A DNA stretch of 14,682 nt, from the IMG/VR virus record IMGVR_UViG_3300025611_000001. One strand, given 5' to 3'. The translations under genes were made by a program, and so were the position numbers. The first letter of the stretch is position 1, and every line of letters begins with the position of its first letter. Origin of the DNA: a virus. The notes under the pieces are model-generated. The model was not told where the DNA came from. It did not search any database and worked only from the letters and a program-made list of their open reading frames with translations. This document shows positions 1 through 6,275 of the stretch, one piece after another.

Positions 1-127
1 CAAAATAATTTCGCCCAAATCGAGGAGATCAAGTCTCAGCTTATGGCAATGGGGGAGATCAGCCCTTCACTTTTGGGAGATGTTAAAAACGGAATTGCTG
101 AGTCTGGTAGCGCTTTAAAGCGTTTAG
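1..127. repeat. Terminal direct overlap, copy 1. Identical to 14556-14682, so the contig closes into a 14,555-bp circle or a circularly permuted unit.
   Basis: Compared base by base: 'caaaataatttcgcccaaatcgagg...gctttaaagcgtttag' is present at both ends. The portal reading frame is preserved across the junction (43 + 14555 = 14598, same codon phase as 13590). Confidence 0.95.
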
Positions 128-456
128 CAATCCCAACTTTAGCAAAAGTTTCAAGATTGAGGGCGAGGGTGAAGCGGCCTCTCCTCCACGCTCTGAGACT
201 TTGCGCCGAGCTGGAGACCGTCTCCAGGTATCCGGGGGCTTCGGGGCTGCCGAACATCACTGTCGAATGGAGATCAAGCCTTCCCGAAGACAGGCTCGAG
301 GGCGCACAAATAGAACAGCTTCGCAAGACCGCCGGGCTCACTTCGACCCGCTCGGCCCTGGCGAGGCTCGATCCCGACTCCTCCGATGAAGATCTGGACT
401 GGGAAGAGTCTAAAATATCTGAGGAGAGACGAGACGAATCTTACCAGTTCGTCTGA
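1..456 (+). CDS. Portal protein, C-terminal part (continuation of 13590-14682; bases 1-127 duplicate the window end)
   Basis: Frame 1 is open from base 1 (QNNFAQIEEIKSQLMAMGEISPSLLGDVKNGIAESGSALKRL...) to TGA at 454-456, the same frame as the listed ORF 43-456. It has an acidic C-terminal tail. Confidence 0.85.
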   Translation, partial: QNNFAQIEEIKSQLMAMGEISPSLLGDVKNGIAESGSALKRLAIPTLAKVSRLRARVKRPLLHALRLCAELETVSRYPGASGLPNITVEWRSSLPEDRLEGAQIEQLRKTAGLTSTRSALARLDPDSSDEDLDWEESKISEERRDESYQFV

Positions 457-511
457 ATCACGTTCATCATAATCAGCTTACTGGAGCGTAAAACCAGGGG
501 GTTAACACGCT

Positions 512-1003
512 ATGGCGGACGAAGACAAGAAATTCACGCAAGAGGACGTCGACAAGATCGTGCAGGAGAGGCTGGCCCGAGAGAGGGCGAAGTTCTCTGA
601 TTACGATCAGATCAAGGCCGAGCTGGAGGCCACAAGGACCAGCCACGCCGAGCTGAAGGCGGAGAATACGGACCTGAAGGCTCAGATAGCCGAGAGGGAC
701 GGGAAGCTGAAAGACTCCGAGCTGAAGGCTCAGAAGATCGAGATCGCAACGAAGGCGGGCCTATCCGAAGCCCTGGCCGACCGTCTCCGGGGGACGACAC
801 CCGACGAGCTCGAAGCTGATGCGAAGAGGCTCGCCGAGGCGATGGGGCCTGGTCCCTCTGTCGGATCAGGGACGAACCCACCGACCGGGGCGAAGAAGCC
901 GCTCACCCGATCCGACGTTAAGAAGATGAGCCCTGAAGAGATCACCGCAAACTGGGATCAAATTAAGGCTCAGTTGAAAGATGGGAGTCTTTCGAGAGTG
1001 TGA
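512..1003 (+). CDS. Capsid scaffolding protein (DUF4355-like, coiled-coil)
   Basis: N-terminus MADEDKKFTQEDVDKIVQERLARERAKF resembles the DUF4355 scaffold family. It is highly charged and helical, lies between portal and major capsid genes, and has GGGGG upstream of the ATG. Confidence 0.8.
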   Translation: MADEDKKFTQEDVDKIVQERLARERAKFSDYDQIKAELEATRTSHAELKAENTDLKAQIAERDGKLKDSELKAQKIEIATKAGLSEALADRLRGTTPDELEADAKRLAEAMGPGPSVGSGTNPPTGAKKPLTRSDVKKMSPEEITANWDQIKAQLKDGSLSRV

Positions 1004-1032
1004 GTAAAACCGCTAACGGGGGTTAGTGAACT

Positions 1033-1887
1033 ATGACGCTGACAAACTTCATAGGCGAGATCTGGAGCGCCCAAATTCTCCAGAACTTACAGAAGAGTCT
1101 GGTCTATGGCCAGGCTGGCGTGATAAATCGAGACTACCAGGGAGAGATTCAGGGGAAAGGCGACACCGTGAGGATCACCGCCCATGGGCCGATCTCCATC
1201 GGGAACTACGACAAGGCGACCGGGCTCGGCGATCCCGAAGAGCTGGACGACGCCTCCACCACGCTTGAAATAACTCAGGCTAAATACTTCAACTTCAGGA
1301 TCGACGACATCGACAAGGCGCAGATGAACGTAGCCCTGATGGAAAGCGCCACCCGTGACGCGGCATATCGGTTAGGCGATACCGCCGATCAGTACATCGC
1401 CGGGATCATGGCGGCTCAGGCCGGGAACCTCATCGGGTCCGACGGCTCCGATAAGATCTTCGACGGGACGACCGATATCGTTATCGAGGAGATCCTGGAC
1501 TGTAAGACCAAGCTCGATGAGGCTAACGCGCCGAATCAGGGCCGCTGGATCATCCTTCCTCCGTGGATCGTGGGTCAGATGATAAAAGACGGCGAGGTAG
1601 CGCAGCCTGCCTGGAGCGGGGTTGAGGGTGTGATGCTCAACGGCGAGGTAGCGAAGCTGTTCGGCTTCTCGATTCTGCAGTCCAACAACGTCCCCAACAC
1701 CGCCGGGGATCACTACAAGGTAATTGCGGGAGTCGGGCAGGCTACCACTTTTGCCGACAGCGTGAACGATACCGAAGCGTATCGACCTGAGAAGTTCTTT
1801 GCGGATGCTCTCCGGGGTCTGCACTGCTACGGCGCGAAGGTCATCGAGCCGAGCTGCCTGGTATGCTTAACGTGTGCTCCGAGCTGA
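1033..1887 (+). CDS. Major capsid protein (HK97-fold type, P22-coat/'phage capsid' like)
   Basis: The pattern ...IWSAQILQNLQKSLVYGQAGVINRDYQGEIQGKGDTVRI... is characteristic of a widespread tailed-virus major capsid family. It follows the scaffold gene, is 284 aa, and has a GGGGGT SD. Confidence 0.85.
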   Translation: MTLTNFIGEIWSAQILQNLQKSLVYGQAGVINRDYQGEIQGKGDTVRITAHGPISIGNYDKATGLGDPEELDDASTTLEITQAKYFNFRIDDIDKAQMNVALMESATRDAAYRLGDTADQYIAGIMAAQAGNLIGSDGSDKIFDGTTDIVIEEILDCKTKLDEANAPNQGRWIILPPWIVGQMIKDGEVAQPAWSGVEGVMLNGEVAKLFGFSILQSNNVPNTAGDHYKVIAGVGQATTFADSVNDTEAYRPEKFFADALRGLHCYGAKVIEPSCLVCLTCAPS

Positions 1888-1900
1888 GGAGGGATAGAGA

Positions 1901-2266
1901 ATGGTAAGATCTGAAATTACCGTAAACGAGCTGAGCGGGGCCTTCGCTAACCACGAGACCGCCGATGCGATCGACAAGGGCAACGACCACTACATAGCCG
2001 CCGGGGCCAACTTCAAGCGGCTGATCCTGAGCTTCGAGCTGTCTGCAGCGACCGCCGCCGACACGATAACGATCGTGGCCGGGACCGCTCATCCCGCCTT
2101 CAGGAAGGACCTGGGAGATCTCGTCTTTGAGGCGGCTGGTGGAGCTGAGCGGGTATGCATCGGACCCATCGAGACGGCAAGATTTTTGCAGAGTGACGGG
2201 ACGATCCACGTCGATATCGCCGGAACCAGCATCGCCGGATCCATCGACGCCTACGCCCTGCCTTAG
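1901..2266 (+). CDS. Hypothetical head-associated protein (121 aa). Possibly decoration or connector, function unknown.
   Basis: Strong SD (GAGGAGGG) 7 nt upstream, same composition as the capsid gene, located directly after it. No motif recognised. Confidence 0.6.
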   Translation: MVRSEITVNELSGAFANHETADAIDKGNDHYIAAGANFKRLILSFELSAATAADTITIVAGTAHPAFRKDLGDLVFEAAGGAERVCIGPIETARFLQSDGTIHVDIAGTSIAGSIDAYALP

Positions 2267-2284
2267 GCGGGCTCCTCCTCTTTT

Positions 2285-2962
2285 TTGGTGGTGTACGTGG
2301 ACGAAGTAGAGGCTGTGAAATGCTTGCTGGCGATCCGGTCGCCGGTGATACGCGCCCTCAGCCGATCCGGCTACTTTCAGGCGGCGACGAGGGCTGCGGA
2401 AGACAACCCTGAATACTACGTAACTTTAGCCTGTAGCGGTCAATTGAAACACCAGCTGATAAGCAAAAACCGCATGTTTGGGCCGTTAGTGCTTGAGGAG
2501 ATCCCGTCCCTTCGAGGTAAAAATTATTTCAGAGCTCATGGACTAAATCGACTCGCCGGCCAGATGGCCGACACCGACATAAAATATATCAAAAAACTTT
2601 TCATAGATAACTGGCCCGTTCATGAGCGCCAGGCCGTTAAGCTTCTCGGAGATTCGCCACTATGCAGCTTTTCCAGAGCCCGAAGGATAGGAAGGACTGA
2701 GAGCACGAGGGCGATTAACGGCTCACGGTTTGAGATGCAGATCGAACGGGGAATTTTCAAATACAAAATTTGGGATGCTGTCGGCGATTCGTCTACGCGG
2801 CCACTTCACAAGAAAAGAGATGGGGTGAAGGTACGTCTCGAAGAAAGTTTCCCCTTCGGCGGCAGACCCTACTTCCCCGGCGACGGGCCTGCATTCGAAA
2901 GTATTTTATGCCGTTGTACGATGGGATACTCAACAAATTCGAAGGGTGCGTATTATGATTAA
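2285..2962 (+). CDS. Head morphogenesis / minor head protein, Mu F / SPP1 gp7 family (start codon uncertain)
   Basis: C-terminal segment KIWDAVGDSSTRPLHKKRDGVKVRLEESFPFGGRPYFPGDGPAFESILCRCT matches the W..a.D.rtRp.H...G....P......nCRC signature of Phage_Mu_F/gp7. The track start is TTG 2285 and internal ATGs exist. Confidence 0.8.
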   Translation: MVVYVDEVEAVKCLLAIRSPVIRALSRSGYFQAATRAAEDNPEYYVTLACSGQLKHQLISKNRMFGPLVLEEIPSLRGKNYFRAHGLNRLAGQMADTDIKYIKKLFIDNWPVHERQAVKLLGDSPLCSFSRARRIGRTESTRAINGSRFEMQIERGIFKYKIWDAVGDSSTRPLHKKRDGVKVRLEESFPFGGRPYFPGDGPAFESILCRCTMGYSTNSKGAYYD

Positions 2963-3239
2963 GCCAAGAACAAAGACCAAAACCAAGACCAAAACCACTA
3001 AGCAGCGGGACTATAAGAAGGAATACAGGGATTATCACGGTAAGCCCGAACAGATCAAAAAAAGGGACATGCGGAACAAAGCCCGCCGGATGATGGAAAA
3101 AGAGGGCCGGGTCCGAAAGGGCGACGGTAAAGAGGTAGATCACAAGGTCCCTCTGTCGAAAGGCGGGTCCAACAGTCGAAGGAATCTTAGGATAGTTAGC
3201 CGAAGGACGAACCGGAAGAAGGGGAACAAGCGCGGTTAA
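2955..3239 (+). CDS. HNH endonuclease (small, basic N-terminus)
   Basis: GKEVDHKVPLSKGGSNSRRNLRIVSRRTNRKKGN contains the DH...N...N HNH motif. ATG 2955 overlaps the stop of the preceding gene (ATGATTAA) and has GAAGGGTG upstream. The track offers GTG 2946 as an alternative start. Confidence 0.85.
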   Translation: MIKPRTKTKTKTKTTKQRDYKKEYRDYHGKPEQIKKRDMRNKARRMMEKEGRVRKGDGKEVDHKVPLSKGGSNSRRNLRIVSRRTNRKKGNKRG

Positions 3240-3246
3240 ACCGCGC
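3230..3246. terminator. Hairpin GCGCGG-TTAAA-CCGCGC containing the stop codons of both convergent genes
   Basis: 6-bp GC stem read directly. TAA of the HNH gene (3237-3239) and the TAA complement of the AbrB-like gene (3236-3238) lie in the loop. The loop also forms a GTTAAAC copy (3235-3241). Confidence 0.45.
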
Positions 3247-3430
3247 GGATGAATAGGTTGTGCTTCTTCATGATTTCTGGCGATAGTGTCGCCTTCGGCT
3301 TTGCTTTCTTTCTCCGGATAACGGCTTCGACCTGATCCCCGTCTTTCAGGCCGAGCGCCTGGCGGGCCTCGACGGGCATCTCCAAGTCGCCGGCTTTCCC
3401 GGCGAAGATCCGGACTTCGTTTATCGCCAC
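3236..3430 (-). CDS. AbrB/MazE/SpoVT-type DNA-binding protein (64 aa)
   Basis: ...LEMPVEARQALGLKDGDQVEAVIRR... is the swapped-hairpin 'lgl..Gd.v' pattern. It is divergent from the RHH gene across a repeat-filled promoter. Confidence 0.65.
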   Translation of the reverse strand: MAINEVRIFAGKAGDLEMPVEARQALGLKDGDQVEAVIRRKKAKPKATLSPEIMKKHNLFIRAV

Positions 3431-3502
3431 GTTAAACCCTCAGTTAAACTAATGGTTTAATTAGCATAAATATTTAACCCTTGGTTTAACAATAGGTTAA
3501 AC
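3431..3502. promoter_or_regulatory. Divergent promoter/operator packed with GTTAAAC / GTTTAAC heptamers
   Basis: Perfect copies at 3431, 3443 and 3496 (forward) and 3484 (reverse). Near copies at 3455 and 3472. An AT-rich 'ataaatattta' box lies between them. Confidence 0.7.
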
Positions 3503-3979
3503 ATGCCATTCTTGGGGGTCAAGATCTCGGCGGAGCTGGAGACCCTGATAGATGAAGAGGTTAAACGCTCCGATAAGTCCAAAAGCGATATCGTAAGGGA
3601 TGCGTTAAACCAGTATTTTAACGTCGCAATCCCTGAAGGTACGGGCCTAATAGTATTAGATAAAAATGAGCTTATAGAACTCATTGATAGCAGATTAGGA
3701 GTTAAACAGGAAGTTAAACCAGAAGTTAAACAGAATATCGTAGTCGTTAAACGCGACGTTGAACCAAGCGTTAAACCGGTTAAACTCGATGTTAAACCAG
3801 AGGTTAAACCCACCATTCAGAGGTTATCCGAGGACCTGGCGGCACAAGAGAAGATCAAAGAGATCTGGCGGGCTGGGGAGCGGAACCGACAGGTGATAGC
3901 CCGGCAGGTGGGGTACAAAGACCGGACCGTCCAGCAGTATATCAAAGACTGCCTGGAGAGCGGCGAGCTGGAGAAGTGA
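3503..3979 (+). CDS. Ribbon-helix-helix (CopG/Arc-like) N-terminal domain, repeat linker and C-terminal HTH DNA-binding protein
   Basis: MPFLGVKISAELETLIDEEVKRSDKSKSDIVRDALNQYF is a classic RHH. The linker is VKQEVKPEVKQ..VKRDVEPSVKPVKLDVKPEVKP. The C-terminus NRQVIARQVGYKDRTVQQYIKDCL is HTH-like. Confidence 0.75.
   Translation: MPFLGVKISAELETLIDEEVKRSDKSKSDIVRDALNQYFNVAIPEGTGLIVLDKNELIELIDSRLGVKQEVKPEVKQNIVVVKRDVEPSVKPVKLDVKPEVKPTIQRLSEDLAAQEKIKEIWRAGERNRQVIARQVGYKDRTVQQYIKDCLESGELEK
3701..3809 (+). repeat. Intragenic tandem array, mostly 12-bp period, of GTTAAAC-containing units (encodes the (E/D)VK(P/Q) repeats)
   Basis: GTTAAAC starts at 3701, 3713, 3725, 3746, 3770, 3779, 3791 and 3803, plus GTTGAAC at 3758. 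Spacings are 12,12,21,12,12,9,12,12. Confidence 0.9.
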
Positions 3980-4054
3980 AGGAACGGGGTTAGCCGGGCC
4001 TGTAACAAGCTATATATATCTCAGAGATCGCGATTTAGATTCAAGGTGTTTCTA

Positions 4055-4201
4055 ATGAGCCCTGAATATCAGCTGTATAATCCACATGAAAAACAAATGC
4101 CCTATGGCGGAGCCACCGATATTCACGGCCGTGTAAAATGGACTGTAACAGAAGAGGAACACGACGAAATGATGGCGCGGGTAAAAAAGGCCTTTGGGTG
4201 A
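4055..4201 (+). CDS. Small ORF (48 aa) immediately upstream of the PIN gene; candidate antitoxin
   Basis: Found by hand because it is below the track cut-off: MSPEYQLYNPHEKQMPYGGATDIHGRVKWTVTEEEHDEMMARVKKAFG. The stop TGA at 4199-4201 lies 4 nt before the PIN N-terminal ATG. TATATATA at 4011-4018 lies upstream. There is no recognisable fold, so the call rests on position only. Confidence 0.4.
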   Translation: MSPEYQLYNPHEKQMPYGGATDIHGRVKWTVTEEEHDEMMARVKKAFG

Positions 4202-4205
4202 TAAC

Positions 4206-4698
4206 ATGAAAATAGTCGTGGACTCCGATACATTCTTTCTTTTCGATGTCTCAAGGGACGCAGAAAATAGGGCGTCGCCATATCAAATCATCTGAGATAA
4301 AAAGCGCTATACAACATCTAAGTCAACACCCGAAACTAGAGCTTTGCGTCCCTATTTCAGTCCTAGGCGAATGCGTTCTCATCTGCCTGAAAGGGGAATA
4401 TGAAAATCGGAGCCATAATATAAAAGAACTCCATGAGTTAATCGACTTTTGGGGAGGATTGAATGTTTCGGTTCTACACCCAAATGATGTAGTCGCCGAG
4501 ATCATCCATAACTTGTACACCCATCCAGAATATAAAGAAGAGAGGCTGTCACCAGGCGACCTAGTTCATCTTGGATATGCGCTAGCTTACGATGCTGATT
4601 ATCTCATAACATCTGACAAAACATTAAGCCATTATAAAGTTCCAGAAGTATTCAAGCTTCAAATCATCCCTCCCGGAAGAATATCCGAGCTATTGTAA
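4206..4698 (+). pseudogene. PIN-domain (VapC-like) nuclease split between two frames by a frameshift, assembly indel or +1 recoding
   Basis: ATG 4206 encodes MKIVVDSDTFFLFDVSRDAENRASPYQII*, a typical PIN beta-1 with the first acidic residue, and stops at 4293-4295. The rest of the domain is in the +1 frame, which is open from 4216 (listed ORF 4246-4698). That part carries ..ISVLGECVLI.. and ..GDLVHLGYALAYDADYLITSDKTL.. with the 2nd to 4th acidic residues. Confidence 0.7.
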
Positions 4699-4725
4699 TC
4701 TATTTTCAGGCGGATCGCAAAGCTA

Positions 4726-4769
4726 GTTCTGTGATATTGCTCCCATCATACCAGAAATTATCACAGAAC
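4726..4769 (+). terminator. Hairpin after the PIN gene: 11-bp perfect stem GTTCTGTGATA / TATCACAGAAC with a 22-nt loop, and a T6 run 17 nt downstream
   Basis: Inverted repeat read directly. It lies 28 nt after the stop at 4698. TATTTTTTCAGG follows at 4786-4797. Confidence 0.4.
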
Positions 4770-4811
4770 CTCAGGCCGAAACCGCTATTTTTTCAGGAAG
4801 AAGGCAGATAC

Positions 4812-5023
4812 AAAACCGGGGAACTTCACCGGTTCCAGTTTGGCGATATCGTAATCAAGATCCGCCTTTTCGTGTTTGTTTATATATTATCTACTGTTTC
4901 TATATCTATATCTCCGACTAGACCGTATCATATTTTGTTGAACGATCATCACGTTCAACGATCTGATTTTCAGCCGCTAGCGATTTATCCGAAAAACCGG
5001 AACCGGTGAAGTTCCCCGGTTTT
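4812..5023. repeat. 25-bp perfect inverted repeat (4812-4836 / 4999-5023) bracketing a 162-bp AT-rich core that holds an internal hairpin (4937-4959)
   Basis: AAAACCGGGGAACTTCACCGGTTCC and its exact reverse complement GGAACCGGTGAAGTTCCCCGGTTTT. The core contains tatatatta, tatatctatatct and GTTGAACG-atcatca-CGTTCAAC. It lies between convergent genes. Confidence 0.9.
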
Positions 5024-5028
5024 TCCTC

Positions 5029-5496
5029 CTAAACTAATCGAATAAGATGGCGCTGCTTGTGGTGAGGATCTTTCATGACCACAAACCGGGAATCCTCCGC
5101 TAGATACGGCTTTACGTCTTTCATCTGGCGTTTGGATATCCCCAAAAGGCGGGCGGCGTCCGTCGTGGTTACCTGTCGGATGGAAAGGCGGCGCATCTCC
5201 GAGAATAGGTGGTCAAGGTGGGCGGCGGCGGTCTCCTCTCTGAGTGCCGGGGCCGGGGCTTCGAGCCTGGCGAGTCTCTGGCGGTCGTATGCTCTTTCGA
5301 GGGCGACCTCCTCCCTTAGCTGGCGGTTCTCCTCTCGGAGGGCCGTTAACTCCTCCTCTCTGAGGCGGTCTCTCTCCTCCAGGGCGGTGAGCTTCTCCAG
5401 GACTTGGGATAGGAGAAGGGCGGGCGATGCGACAGGTACTATTTGGTTGCCATCGGTAACTTCATATTCCTTCGGTTGACTAGTTCTATCAGTCAT
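5029..5496 (-). CDS. Coiled-coil protein with C-terminal HTH (DNA-binding regulator, function unknown)
   Basis: Has a central heptad-rich charged segment (LEERDRLREEELTALREENRQLREEVALE). The C-terminus SIRQVTTTDAARLLGISKRQMKDV is HTH-like. It lies downstream of the RHH gene on the same strand. Confidence 0.6.
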   Translation of the reverse strand: MTDRTSQPKEYEVTDGNQIVPVASPALLLSQVLEKLTALEERDRLREEELTALREENRQLREEVALERAYDRQRLARLEAPAPALREETAAAHLDHLFSEMRRLSIRQVTTTDAARLLGISKRQMKDVKPYLAEDSRFVVMKDPHHKQRHLIRLV

Positions 5497-5520
5497 TTGG
5501 TTTCACCGACCTAGAATGAC

Positions 5521-5715
5521 TCAGGCGGTCATGGGGGCCTTACAAGGGTCCTCTTGACCGCCGACTAATGCCTCTTTCTCGTGGCGATCAAGATACTCTA
5601 CAATGGCCTTTGCCGCTATCTCACTTTGTCCTCGGAACGATCCGGTTTTATTATAGACGTAGTCTTTCAGCCTCTTTTCTACGTCATCGGGTAGATAAAC
5701 GCCGATTCTAGCCAT
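5521..5715 (-). CDS. Ribbon-helix-helix (CopG/MetJ-like) transcription regulator, 64 aa
   Basis: MARIGVYLPDDVEKRLKDYVYNKTGSFRGQSEIAAKAIVEYL is a canonical RHH (beta strand, two helices). It sits next to an operator-like repeat array. Confidence 0.75.
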   Translation of the reverse strand: MARIGVYLPDDVEKRLKDYVYNKTGSFRGQSEIAAKAIVEYLDRHEKEALVGGQEDPCKAPMTA

Positions 5716-5813
5716 AGTATATACTGACTGTTATTAGTTTATAAGCGTTATGGTGTTAAGTTACCATAACCCTCATATAGTGTTAAGGTTCTATAGTGTT
5801 ATGGTGAAACCAA
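5716..5813. promoter_or_regulatory. Divergent promoter/operator with repeated G(T/C)GTTA(A/T)GG boxes
   Basis: Inverted repeat GTTATGGT (5747-5754) / ACCATAAC (5763-5770). Direct repeats TATAGTGTTAAGG (5776-5788) and TATAGTGTTATGG (5792-5804). A TATA-like gtttataag lies at 5737-5745. Confidence 0.65.
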
Positions 5814-6230
5814 ATGACGGCATCAGTCGTTAAAACAGCAGCACAAGAACCGACAGCGTGCGATCTCCCCGAAGGGGTCCACGCGCCGAGCGCGGTCGGA
5901 TATCTCGCCGAGAGGCGGGGTCTGAGATATAAAGACGGGAAGCTCCCCGATAAGCTGATCTTCGGTGAGGCGGCGGGCTTCTCGGAGCCCGTGGCGTTTG
6001 TGAAAAGCAGCGACGGGCGCGGCTATTATCTCGTTCGGCGGGATCAATGCTCTTGCCCCTCCTATCGGTTCCGGGGCGGCGAGTGCAAGCACATGAAAGC
6101 AGCCCGGCCCGACCTGGAGCGGAAGGCGAGGATAGACCAGCGGAACCGCCAGAGGCGAGAGGAGAGGGCGAGCGATCCGAAGCTCTCCACCACCAGGGGG
6201 TTCAATCAGCCTGAGGAGGCGAGGACGTGA
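5814..6230 (+). CDS. SWIM-type zinc-finger protein with basic C-terminal tail
   Basis: CSCPSYRFRGGECKHM fits the CxCx(n)CxH SWIM signature. The tail is arginine-rich (RKARIDQRNRQRREER). Confidence 0.65.
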   Translation: MTASVVKTAAQEPTACDLPEGVHAPSAVGYLAERRGLRYKDGKLPDKLIFGEAAGFSEPVAFVKSSDGRGYYLVRRDQCSCPSYRFRGGECKHMKAARPDLERKARIDQRNRQRREERASDPKLSTTRGFNQPEEART

Positions 6231-6275
6231 CCCACGATCGTATGAGGCGGAGGCGCTAGGGCTCAGGCCACCTCG

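Noticed and set aside
36-389. ORFs 36-341 (-) and 201-389 (+) inside the portal C-terminal region
   Set aside because: They overlap the well-supported portal frame entirely, are S/R/A-rich shadow frames typical of GC-rich coding DNA, and have no start context.
612-945. ORFs 612-881 (-) and 730-945 (-) antisense to the scaffold gene
   Set aside because: Low-complexity S/R/P-rich translations. They are antisense shadows of a repetitive charged coding region.
1026-2309. ORFs 1026-1268 (+), 1372-1824 (-), 1841-2209 (-) and 2127-2309 (+)
   Set aside because: All overlap the capsid gene or the 121-aa gene in alternative frames. They are R/G/P-rich, lack SD signals, and the overlapped genes have strong family or context support.
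2966-3000. Tandem AAGACCAAAACC repeats (KTKTKTKT) at the HNH N-terminus
   Set aside because: A short low-complexity coding repeat giving a basic tail. There are only about two and a half units and no copies elsewhere, so I saw no reason to treat it as a separate element.
2770-3143. ORFs 2770-2958 (+) and 2793-3143 (-)
   Set aside because: They overlap the motif-bearing parts of the Mu F-like and HNH genes.
3457-3816. ORF 3457-3816 (-) with LTSGLT repeats
   Set aside because: This is the antisense reading of the GTTAAAC array. The + strand frame has clear RHH and HTH domains and a proper start, so this is a repeat-generated shadow ORF.
3817-4008. ORF 3817-4008 (-)
   Set aside because: Antisense to the HTH domain of the RHH-HTH gene, with no start signals.
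4731-5009. ORF 4731-5009 (+), 92 aa
   Set aside because: It runs through the hairpin, both arms of the 25-bp inverted repeat and the AT-rich core. It has no SD and a low-complexity hydrophobic translation, so this is more likely a cis-element than a gene.
4812-5023. MITE or transposon interpretation of the 25-bp inverted-repeat element
   Set aside because: No target-site duplication flanks the arms (gatac | tcctc) and there is no second copy in the window. It remains an alternative only.
5075-6092. ORFs 5075-5479 (+) and 5823-6092 (-)
   Set aside because: Antisense shadows of the coiled-coil/HTH gene and the SWIM gene. The translations are S/R/A-rich.
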